A stretch of 64,000 bases of DNA from a virus. How positions within the stretch are numbered: position 1 is the first letter of the stretch; each line of letters begins with the position of its first letter. The position numbers and the translations under genes are program-made. This document shows positions 56,158 to 64,000 of this stretch, in pieces. The stretch covers positions 28,545 through 92,544 of the IMG/VR virus record IMGVR_UViG_3300044638_008303, one strand, 5' to 3'. Under the pieces are notes generated by a model. That model was not told where the DNA came from, made no database searches, and worked only from the letters and a program-made list of their open reading frames with translations.

Positions 56158-56862
56158 TTAAAGAGATTTTACATATTTACCATGTTTAAAATTAGGATTT
56201 TTATTTCCAACATATTTTTTAGCTCTTTCTGATATTAATTTTTTCTGGTAATTTGACATTGGATGATCAAAATTAAAAATAATACCAATATTTTCTGAAT
56301 TACATAATCTCCAGCCTTTATGATGATGTATTTTCTTACGTCTTAAATCTTTAATTAATCTATAACATAAATTGTTATCTTTACAAAATTTTCTGATTCC
56401 GTGTATTTTGATTTTTTCTCCGAAAGGGTTTATTAAATAAATGGGGGCAAATCTTTGTTTATTAGTTAAATGCGCCATTAATTTTTGTTCTTCTGAAATA
56501 GTTTTGCCTTTGTGTACTTTACTAACTTTTTGTTTATATTCTGGCAAACATGAAAGTTCTCTAGCTGGGCAATAAGTATCGACAGTGATATTGTAACCAT
56601 CATCACGACTATTTAAGCTATCTATCCAAAATCTTTCTTTATCTTTTAATAAATTGATTTCTTTTACTTCCTCTAAAATTAAAAAATTAAAATTATTTAG
56701 ACCATACTTATTTACAGCGTTTTGTAATTTTTGATTTGAATGTATTTTCTTTTTGAGTTGGTATTTATGTTGTGATAGTCTTGAATTTATATTTACTGAA
56801 CTACCGACATATAATTTTTTATTTAAAATATTTTGAATTATATAAATACCAAAAATTTTCAT
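56158..56862 (-). CDS. free-standing GIY-YIG homing endonuclease with NUMOD3-like motifs
   Basis: GIYIIQN...KLYVGSS...R..QH...E..WI...GYN; KVSKVHKGKTISEEQK; GNKNPNF. Confidence 0.9.
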   Translation of the reverse strand: MKIFGIYIIQNILNKKLYVGSSVNINSRLSQHKYQLKKKIHSNQKLQNAVNKYGLNNFNFLILEEVKEINLLKDKERFWIDSLNSRDDGYNITVDTYCPARELSCLPEYKQKVSKVHKGKTISEEQKLMAHLTNKQRFAPIYLINPFGEKIKIHGIRKFCKDNNLCYRLIKDLRRKKIHHHKGWRLCNSENIGIIFNFDHPMSNYQKKLISERAKKYVGNKNPNFKHGKYVKSL

Positions 56863-57566
56863 AATCTACAAAATTGCCAATGTTGAAAATCCATATTTCT
56901 TTCGCGCCCCAAACTAACGCCGCCTTCTTCTTCAACAAATTTCCAATAATCATTAAAATCAGGATGTGCCATTTTTGCACGGTCTTTTCCCCATCTTAAT
57001 TGGTTTCTATCGGGATCAATATCTATCGCGCAAGACCAAGAATGGGTACTCCAAGAATTACCACCGCGCATTTTTCTAACGTTGAGGCACCCACCAAATA
57101 GATTTAAACCCAATCTTTCAATTTCTTTTTCTCCATATGTTTTTAATACTTTTTCAAAGACACTATAAAAACTTTTTGCACATTTCTGATGACATGTAAA
57201 TTTTTTAATTATTGTACCTTTTGCCCATGCTAATTTCATTGGATATGGAATTTCTAAAGATGTGGTATTCTCCCCAACTGGTCCATAAAAATTCACCATA
57301 CTTGTATAGTCTTGTTTTGGCCAACGCTGCGAAAGCGGAGTGTTCTCGGAAACCGTTGTTATAAAAGCCCAAGTTTTTGGACCAACAATTCCATCTGGTT
57401 TTAATCCATTTTTTGCTTGAAATTTTAAAGTCTCTCTTTCTGTCGCTGGCCCGAAAGCTCCGTCAACATAAGGAATTTTATAACCAGCGCTTTGTAGAAA
57501 TAATTGCCACTGTTTGACATTTTCACCGAAACTACCCTTTTTTACACTGCTGGATTTATTGCTCAT
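56859..57566 (-). CDS. endolysin: PG_binding_1 domain + M15-family (L-Ala-D-Glu-type) peptidase
   Basis: DGAFGPAT...FQ...GLKPDGIVGPKT; R..RGG...STHSW..AIDID...DFQHWQ. Confidence 0.88.
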   Translation of the reverse strand: MSNKSSSVKKGSFGENVKQWQLFLQSAGYKIPYVDGAFGPATERETLKFQAKNGLKPDGIVGPKTWAFITTVSENTPLSQRWPKQDYTSMVNFYGPVGENTTSLEIPYPMKLAWAKGTIIKKFTCHQKCAKSFYSVFEKVLKTYGEKEIERLGLNLFGGCLNVRKMRGGNSWSTHSWSCAIDIDPDRNQLRWGKDRAKMAHPDFNDYWKFVEEEGGVSLGRERNMDFQHWQFCRL

Positions 57567-58020
57567 ATGACATTACCCATTCTATTGGCGCGTAGGAAGG
57601 ATCCTTTTTATATATTTCTTGATACTTAATAGTTTCTTCTAATATTACTTTTTCATCAATTTCTTCAATTGATTTGCTTGTTTCATAGGATTGGTTTGAA
57701 GAACTGTTGTAACTAAAATCTGCAATTGTTTGTACCCCTAAATATGCAGCAATAATAATAGCTAAAACTTCGATTGTTTTTGTAAAAATAGTAACGTAGC
57801 CAGAAACCATATCACGATTATCCGGTGGGATAAAAAACAAAACAGCAACGCTCGTAAAATAAAAAAATAATAATCCTAGAAAAGCAGTCACAGCAATAAA
57901 GAATTTTTTAGATGCGAAATGATTTTCTTTTTTCATTGCCTCTCTTAAACTAATGGGCGTATTAGGGGGAGCCTTCTTGCTGCTCAAAAAAGATAGGGCA
58001 CTTTTGAACCAAGTTATCAT
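57556..58020 (-). CDS. putative holin
   Basis: Two transmembrane helices (SKKFFIAVTAFLGLLFF; VLAIIIAAYLGVQ); overlaps the endolysin start. Confidence 0.6.
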   Translation of the reverse strand: MITWFKSALSFLSSKKAPPNTPISLREAMKKENHFASKKFFIAVTAFLGLLFFYFTSVAVLFFIPPDNRDMVSGYVTIFTKTIEVLAIIIAAYLGVQTIADFSYNSSSNQSYETSKSIEEIDEKVILEETIKYQEIYKKDPSYAPIEWVMSYEQ

Positions 58021-58021
58021 T

Positions 58022-58552
58022 TTATAAGAACATCCAAATTAAAGTTGCAAAGAGTCCTGCACCACCAATCGGTATTAATAAATTATAGGGTGGAGGAACA
58101 AAGGCCATAAATTGTAATCCTAACAATACTCCACCAGCCGCGCCAATAAGTGCGGCGATCCATTTTAAACGATGATAGCGTTTCACGGTATCTGTATATT
58201 TTTCAAACCATTTAAAAGCTTCCTGCTGTTGTTGTACACCCCAATCTTTTAGGGCATCGGCCTGCTTTTGAACTACGGAAACATTATTGACAGCTTCTGC
58301 AACTTTAGTATTCGCATTTGCTAAATTGTTTTTTAACCTTGCGTTCTCAGATTTTGCAGATTTTAATTCTGAATTCAATTCTTTAATAATTTCCCGCGCT
58401 TCTTGTATACTGGTTTTATTGTTTTTCTGTACAACTACTGTAGCAACTGGCTTTGTAGTTACAACTTCTTTTTTTTCTTTTTTATTCCATGGCCAAGCCA
58501 TCGCGCTAGAACTCAAACATAATATAATAATAATTGGTAATATTTTTTTCAT
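58022..58552 (-). CDS. putative spanin-like periplasmic coiled-coil protein with C-terminal membrane anchor
   Basis: Signal peptide ending AMA, coiled coil, two C-terminal hydrophobic helices; lies in the lysis cassette. Confidence 0.5.
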   Translation of the reverse strand: MKKILPIIIILCLSSSAMAWPWNKKEKKEVVTTKPVATVVVQKNNKTSIQEAREIIKELNSELKSAKSENARLKNNLANANTKVAEAVNNVSVVQKQADALKDWGVQQQQEAFKWFEKYTDTVKRYHRLKWIAALIGAAGGVLLGLQFMAFVPPPYNLLIPIGGAGLFATLIWMFL

Positions 58553-58556
58553 AAAT

Positions 58557-58820
58557 TTATTCAGGTTTTAATACATTTTTATTGGCCGTTTCTTTTTCAA
58601 TTTCTTCTAATAATTTCTCAAGGCGTTCAGCCAAAGAAAGAGCTTTGTCTATATTCGCGGCTACTTTAGTATTACTTTCACCAGCTTTTTCAAGTTCCGA
58701 TTTTGTTTCCTCTAAAGACTGAACGACTTGAGCTGTTGAAACAGATGGCGGGGGTGTTAATTTTTGGGGTGTTTGGCACCCAATTAAAAACATGGATAAT
58801 ATTATTAAGTAATACTTCAT
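58557..58820 (-). CDS. lipoprotein, putative outer-membrane spanin component
   Basis: MKYYLIILSMFLIG|CQ lipobox, Pro-rich linker and coiled coil. ATG 58820 is preferred because the ORF-track GTG is part of the promoter motif. Confidence 0.6.
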   Translation of the reverse strand: MKYYLIILSMFLIGCQTPQKLTPPPSVSTAQVVQSLEETKSELEKAGESNTKVAANIDKALSLAERLEKLLEEIEKETANKNVLKPE

Positions 58821-58829
58821 ATTATATAT

Positions 58830-58835
58830 GTACAC
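58830..58835 (-). promoter_or_regulatory. GTGTAC variant late-promoter motif for the lysis cassette
   Basis: 9 nt upstream of ATG 58820. Confidence 0.5.
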
Positions 58836-58901
58836 CTAAAATAAATTATAAAATAAAAAACTAATGTTAAATATAGATGGCATAATAAAGACAATATGTA
58901 G

Positions 58902-61900
58902 TTATATTTCTAAACCGTTATCTATAATAGTCCAGCCCCTACCAGTCAATATATTTCTTGCGCTTTGAGCTGAAGAATTATATTTTGCAGTAGAGGTTCT
59001 TAGCCTAACATTTGGGTTACGTAAATCTGCATTTAAAGCTAAATTTTTTAATAAATTACTATAATCATTTGTAGATAAAGTTGAGAAGGTAGAATTAAAC
59101 CCTTCTCCAAAATTAACTCCTTTTACTTTTAAATTATTTGCAAATAGTCCAGAAGGTACTGTTGTACCGTACATAGCAGTATTAAATTCGAAAGTTGACC
59201 CGAATGATTCAACTTCTGTATTTTTTTCAAAAAGCTTTTCTGGAATATTTGTCAAAGGATTTTGAATAAAGCAATAACTAAAATCAATTGCGCCCGTGTT
59301 ATTTATAAATAGATTTTCCGGCAAGGAGTCGATCCCACAATTACTAAAAGTAGATTTAAAAGATTTTGCATTAATATTCTGACTAAAAAGCCCAGAAGGA
59401 ACAGACGGCGAGAGCAAAGGACTTTTAACCCCATCAAAAACGTAATTAAAATTAGTTAATTGTGGATTAAGATAAAAAACCCTTTTAGGAATCTCCATCT
59501 GACTAGGAAAACTAGTGAAGATAGCTCCACCTCTAAACAAGTCAGGTATTTCTGTTAATCCAGAAATATACGGAATTACAGAAGTATATTTAAACTTACG
59601 AACCACATCATTCTCGGGAAAATAATCAAAATTCAAAAGACCACTACCATTATTAAAAAATCCACTTATTTTTAATATATAATTTCCAGCGTTATAGTAA
59701 AAGTCGGGTTTATATTTTAGTCCTGGAGTCGTATATGTTTGAATAGGAGTTCCATCTCCCCAGTCAACAACTATATTAGGACTACCTTCTAACAAAATAG
59801 AAACTGGCCTGAATGTTGGGCCTTCAATTCCAATTTCCCATACAATGGGATCTGTAGTTTCTATTAAAGAAGGAGAATTATTGCTAGAACCAACTGCGTT
59901 TACCGCGCGAACTCTTACGTAATAAGTTGTTCCAGCTGTCAATCCAGTAATGGATTGGCTTGTACCGTTGACCGTCAAGTTATCGTAACCCGTGAGACGC
60001 GTTGCAAAATTGGATGCGGTAGAAACGTCTATACGATAACTTGCCGCACCAGTGACGGAATTCCAATTCGCGGTGAAGCCTGTAGTCGTAATATTCGTTG
60101 CTGTCAGAGCGTTTGGCGCAACTAGTAGCGTAATTTGTTGAGCATTCGGAGAATTTGCGCTTGTTACGGTATTAGCCGTTAATGTATTAACAGCACGAAC
60201 CCTCACGTAATATGTCGTATTAGGATTCAATCCTATTACGCTAACACTTGTACCATTTACAACTTGATCATTATAACCCGTAACAAATCCGCTTGTGAAA
60301 TTATTGCTTGTCGCCACATCGACTCGATATTCTGAAGCTCCCGCAACACTATTCCATGAAGCTGTAAATGTTGCGCTGGTTACGTTTGTAATTGCAGGTT
60401 GGTTTGGCGCAACTGGTACGGTAATTTGCGTAAGTGTTGCGGAATTAGGACCGGTTCCCGCCGCATTTACTGCGCGCGCCCTTACGTAATAAATTGTACC
60501 AGCGGTTAATCCGGTAACGGATTGGCTTGTACCGTTAACCACTAGATTATCGTAACCAGCAAGACGGGTTGCAAAATCGGACGCGGTAGAAACGTCTAGA
60601 CGGTAGCTTACAGCTCTAGGATTCGCTGTCCAGCTTATAGTCATACCATTAACCGTAATATTAGAAGCCATTAAACCCGCTGGCACATTTGGAGCCACAA
60701 AAGGAGGTAGTTGAACTACAATATTTTTTTCATAATTACCAGTAAACAAATATTGATATTTTATTTCATCGGGTCCTGTGTTTGTTATAGTCCATTGTCC
60801 AGATGGTGGGTTTAAAAGGGTTGGGCGTAAATCTTCAGTAGTAAAAAAATCAATTCCATAATAAATATTTGGTAATGTACTTCCTGTAGTTTTAAATGTA
60901 TGGGAATAATTTACATTAGAACTAATACCGCTTTGAGATCCGTCGCCCCAATCGGCAGTAACTAGACCATTTTGATAAACCACACGAAAATTTGTTAATG
61001 TTTTATTATTAGGATCTTGAGTAAAATCCCAAAAATTTGCCAATGTATTAGGATTAAAAGGTATAAAAGTGCCTGTATTATCCAATAAACATTTAATATC
61101 TGGGACTTTAAATCTTTTAATACCAGTATTTCTATTACCCCATTTTTGATATATATAAGCATTGGGGTCGGAAGGTGGAGAGTTTGGAGGTATCTTTAAA
61201 AAATTAAATCCGCCAGACACATAATCAATATATTTTCCATCACTTCTAAATATATTTATCTTCGGGCGATCATTAATATTTCCTTCGTATGGAAAATAAT
61301 CATAAACAGTATTATTATTAAAATCCCATTGAACTGAAAATTCTACATAATCAGTAGGGTTACAACATAAAATTTCTCTATTATAATTATTTATGTCATT
61401 TATAAATTTATCAGCAGCAAGATTTAATATTGGGATATCGTAATTATAACCACGCGTTTGTTGCTGAGTAGTAATTTGTAAATTATTACTTTTAGGTTCT
61501 AAAACATTATTAGAAGTAAGTATGTCTATATCTTTTAAAGCATTGTGTTTAAATTCTTGTGCGAAAGTATTTATATTAATAATAAGCGGCTGGTCTTCTA
61601 AAGTTTCTAGAACTTCGATGTTAAAAATTGCCGAAGTGCTATTAAAATAATAATTACTACGAGTAGAAACAACAATAGAAGTTTTACCTAAAGAAACTGG
61701 AATTAATTCATATTCATTTGAAGAAATTTGTAAAATTTTTAATACTGTTTCGTCTGTAGAAAAAACATTTTTAATTAATTCGGTAAGTGTTTGAATTTTT
61801 AAAGTTCTAACATTTAATGGGGTATTTTTTAAAAGTACAGTGCTTGGCCCTAAAAAAGTAATTGGGGGTTTAGATTTATTTACAATAATTAAACGATTAA

Positions 61901-62129
61901 TTTGATTCGGTGTAAAATTTTCAGATTCTAATTGTTTTATAATAACATAAGCACGTCCAGGCCCTGTAATTGTTACGATCCCATCTTGATTTACAGTAAA
62001 AACAGATGGATCAGAAGTTTCGTAAATAAATAACCCGTTACTTTTTGATGACACGCCCAGTTGAAATTCTGGTGACAAATATTCTTTTTCAGGAATACAA
62101 TCTAGATTGATTGGAACAGTAGGTTTCAT
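58902..62129 (-). CDS. virion fibre/adhesin: Ig-like + PKD-like (DWGDG) + 3x fibronectin type III + BspA/DUF285-like repeats
   Basis: YETSDPSVFTVNQDG; three FTAxW...YRxDV...GLxxxTxYYVRVRAVN units; FSYCF...IPEKLF; GWTIIDNG C-cap. Confidence 0.8.
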   Translation of the reverse strand: MKPTVPINLDCIPEKEYLSPEFQLGVSSKSNGLFIYETSDPSVFTVNQDGIVTITGPGRAYVIIKQLESENFTPNQINRLIIVNKSKPPITFLGPSTVLLKNTPLNVRTLKIQTLTELIKNVFSTDETVLKILQISSNEYELIPVSLGKTSIVVSTRSNYYFNSTSAIFNIEVLETLEDQPLIININTFAQEFKHNALKDIDILTSNNVLEPKSNNLQITTQQQTRGYNYDIPILNLAADKFINDINNYNREILCCNPTDYVEFSVQWDFNNNTVYDYFPYEGNINDRPKINIFRSDGKYIDYVSGGFNFLKIPPNSPPSDPNAYIYQKWGNRNTGIKRFKVPDIKCLLDNTGTFIPFNPNTLANFWDFTQDPNNKTLTNFRVVYQNGLVTADWGDGSQSGISSNVNYSHTFKTTGSTLPNIYYGIDFFTTEDLRPTLLNPPSGQWTITNTGPDEIKYQYLFTGNYEKNIVVQLPPFVAPNVPAGLMASNITVNGMTISWTANPRAVSYRLDVSTASDFATRLAGYDNLVVNGTSQSVTGLTAGTIYYVRARAVNAAGTGPNSATLTQITVPVAPNQPAITNVTSATFTASWNSVAGASEYRVDVATSNNFTSGFVTGYNDQVVNGTSVSVIGLNPNTTYYVRVRAVNTLTANTVTSANSPNAQQITLLVAPNALTATNITTTGFTANWNSVTGAASYRIDVSTASNFATRLTGYDNLTVNGTSQSITGLTAGTTYYVRVRAVNAVGSSNNSPSLIETTDPIVWEIGIEGPTFRPVSILLEGSPNIVVDWGDGTPIQTYTTPGLKYKPDFYYNAGNYILKISGFFNNGSGLLNFDYFPENDVVRKFKYTSVIPYISGLTEIPDLFRGGAIFTSFPSQMEIPKRVFYLNPQLTNFNYVFDGVKSPLLSPSVPSGLFSQNINAKSFKSTFSNCGIDSLPENLFINNTGAIDFSYCFIQNPLTNIPEKLFEKNTEVESFGSTFEFNTAMYGTTVPSGLFANNLKVKGVNFGEGFNSTFSTLSTNDYSNLLKNLALNADLRNPNVRLRTSTAKYNSSAQSARNILTGRGWTIIDNGLEI

Positions 62130-62155
62130 TTATTAATTTAAATTATAAACAATAT

Positions 62156-62161
62156 TTACAC
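62156..62161 (-). promoter_or_regulatory. GTGTAA late-promoter motif
   Basis: Intergenic, 26 nt upstream of ATG 62129. Confidence 0.5.
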
Positions 62162-62203
62162 TTAAATATAAATTATAAAAAATAAATTAATAATATAAAA
62201 TTT

Positions 62204-64000
62204 TTATAATGAGTAAACAAAAGCTGCGCCAGGGCCGACATCTGGATTTCCTATTGTATTACCTAAAGGAGCCCCAACCATTAAAATTTCTCCACCCGAA
62301 TTAATAGACACACTACGTCCAAATTCTCTACTATCTACATATCCTAAAAATTTATTTTTTAAACCCCAACCTAATGTAGCATTACCTGTAAAAACAGATA
62401 CAGAACCAGAGGACATATGATTTCCAACGACAATAGAAGTGCCATTACTATTCATTGCTAATGTTCCATATGTTAAATCTCCATATCCAGTTATTTTTTG
62501 ACGTAAATTCCAACCATTAACCGAATTACCAGTATATATAAATATTGCTGGAACACAGCCCGCAGCACTTGAACATTCATTGAATTGGCTTGGAACTGCA
62601 GCCCCATTAACTGCTAATATAGTACTATTATTGTTAGTTACTACCGACCGGCCAAACCTACAATTAATAATATCGCCTGTTATTTTTTGACGTAAATTCC
62701 AACCATTAATTGAATTACCAGTATATATAAGAACAGCTCCAGCGTTAGTTGCGGCGTCATCATCTCCATCCCCACCCATGAAGAGGACCGTTCCATTATT
62801 ATCGACAGCGACACTACGTCCAAAAAAATCATCGCTACTATCTCCAACTAATCTTTGCTTAAATTTCCACCCATCAATTGAATTTCCAGTGAAAACTAAA
62901 GCCGCTCCAGCATTTTGACCAAATAATTGACCATCCAATCCCGTATGACTAATCCCACCCATCATTAGAACATTTCCAGCTGCATTAGAGGCCACACTCG
63001 TTCCAAAAGCTGGATAACCTGGTTGGATATTATTATCAATATATTCAGTTGTTAACAATTGTTTAAAATTCCACCCATTAATTGAATTACCTACAAAAAC
63101 TGCGGCAGTACCTTTAGCGATACCATTGAATGATACCTCGGGACCACCTATTACAATAATATTACCATTATTATTAGTAGCTAAACTTAGACCATATTCA
63201 GCGGTATATGTCGAAGCCCGTATTTGTCCTATATATTGGTTATCTGGTATTAATAATTTTTGTTTTTGTGTCCACCCATTAATCATATTGCCTACATAAA
63301 CTAAACCAGCACCAGCAACAAAACCAGCTTCATCATCCCATGGCCCACCCATAATTAAAACATTTCCATTATCATTAGTTTTAACAGTTGTTCCAAATCT
63401 ATCAGCAAGATTACTTGGTGATATAGTTCCATCACTATTATTTATACCATCACCTAATAACATTTGATTATAAAGAGTAATATTTTGTGCTAACGTTAAA
63501 GAATTTATGCTTGTAGCCACAGAATTAATAGAGCGAACTCTTACGTAATAAGTAGTATCAGTGGCTAAATTTGTAATCGGTTGACTAGTACCGTTAACAA
63601 CTAAGTTATCATATCCAGGAAGACGAGTGGCAAAATTAGAAACATTAGAAACGTCGAGACGATAACTTGTGGCGTTAGTCACGCTACCCCAATTAGCGGT
63701 AAAGCTTGTCGTAGTTATTGCCGTAGATATAGGCTGACTTGGAGCTTCTAAAATAGTTACTTGGGTCACACTTACGGAATTTGCACTCGTTACAGTATTT
63801 GCTGTTTGATCGTTAATCGCACGAACCCTTACGTGATAAACCGTTCCTGGAATAAGACCTACAACTAAACTACTTGTTGTACCAACTGTAGCATCGTTAT
63901 AATTCGTAACAAACCCAGTTGTAAAGTTGCTACTGGTCGCAACATCAAGTCTATAACTCGAAGCACCAATTACACTATTCCACGTAACCCTGAATGAAGT
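62204..64000 (-). CDS. virion fibre protein: at least 2 Fn3 domains + FG-GAP propeller (5'-truncated by window edge)
   Basis: The frame is open from 64000 (TSFRVTWNSVIGASSYRLDVA...), so GTG 63769 is internal; FG...GNVLxMGG and ILMVGAP repeats. Confidence 0.8.
   Translation of the reverse strand, partial: TSFRVTWNSVIGASSYRLDVATSSNFTTGFVTNYNDATVGTTSSLVVGLIPGTVYHVRVRAINDQTANTVTSANSVSVTQVTILEAPSQPISTAITTTSFTANWGSVTNATSYRLDVSNVSNFATRLPGYDNLVVNGTSQPITNLATDTTYYVRVRSINSVATSINSLTLAQNITLYNQMLLGDGINNSDGTISPSNLADRFGTTVKTNDNGNVLIMGGPWDDEAGFVAGAGLVYVGNMINGWTQKQKLLIPDNQYIGQIRASTYTAEYGLSLATNNNGNIIVIGGPEVSFNGIAKGTAAVFVGNSINGWNFKQLLTTEYIDNNIQPGYPAFGTSVASNAAGNVLMMGGISHTGLDGQLFGQNAGAALVFTGNSIDGWKFKQRLVGDSSDDFFGRSVAVDNNGTVLFMGGDGDDDAATNAGAVLIYTGNSINGWNLRQKITGDIINCRFGRSVVTNNNSTILAVNGAAVPSQFNECSSAAGCVPAIFIYTGNSVNGWNLRQKITGYGDLTYGTLAMNSNGTSIVVGNHMSSGSVSVFTGNATLGWGLKNKFLGYVDSREFGRSVSINSGGEILMVGAPLGNTIGNPDVGPGAAFVYSL

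Noticed and set aside
56117-56900. Group I intron around the GIY-YIG gene
   Set aside because: Both flanking genes look complete, and there is no room for ribozyme core sequence (4-nt overlap on one side, 41-nt A/T gap on the other).
175-60489. Numerous short opposite-strand or alternate-frame ORFs in the track (e.g. 175-471, 24343-24789, 42887-43291, 45359-45766)
   Set aside because: They lie within well-supported long CDSs, mostly have non-ATG starts and show no motifs; treated as shadow ORFs.
62489-62730. Diversity-generating retroelement TR/VR pair
   Set aside because: The ~50-bp duplicates are propeller blades within one CDS with only two mismatches, and there is no reverse transcriptase in the window.
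1-64000. Stop-codon reassignment, tRNA/rRNA genes, tail sheath, portal or terminase
   Set aside because: Standard-code ORFs tile the window almost without gaps, no intergenic space has a cloverleaf, and no sheath, portal or terminase motifs were recognised.

Overview
This is a 64-kb, very AT-rich, gene-dense segment of a large tailed dsDNA phage (Caudoviricetes). It is siphovirus-like: there is a tail tube and a 2891-aa tape measure, but no sheath, portal or terminase in the window. Positions 1-11 kb carry replication, metabolism and regulatory genes: a RecA/UvsX-like fragment, class II ribonucleotide reductase NrdJ, a sigma factor, SSB-, Whirly- and Rad52-like proteins, and three glycosyltransferase genes. 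Positions 11-64 kb are a minus-strand morphogenesis and lysis region. In transcription order it holds Fn3/FG-GAP fibres, a lysis cassette, a GIY-YIG endonuclease, protease/scaffold, decoration protein, major capsid, neck, tail tube, chaperones, tape measure, and giant tail-tip proteins. The strongest leads are five. (1) A candidate virion O-glycosylation system: GT4 enzymes and a GT9 split across two genes, paired with strong Ser/Thr-Gly enrichment and poly-Ser tracts in exposed virion proteins. (2) A tape measure built like a polyprotein, with ten G[FY]IPNFA-type delimiters flanking cargo modules, one of them PD-(D/E)xK nuclease-like. (3) A recurrent GTGTAA late-promoter motif giving near-leaderless transcripts, which also predicts a nested scaffold gene. 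(4) An AGG-N4-AGG box in the leaders of three tail operons. (5) An atypical spanin pair. All product calls come from motif recognition and synteny; no database search was run.
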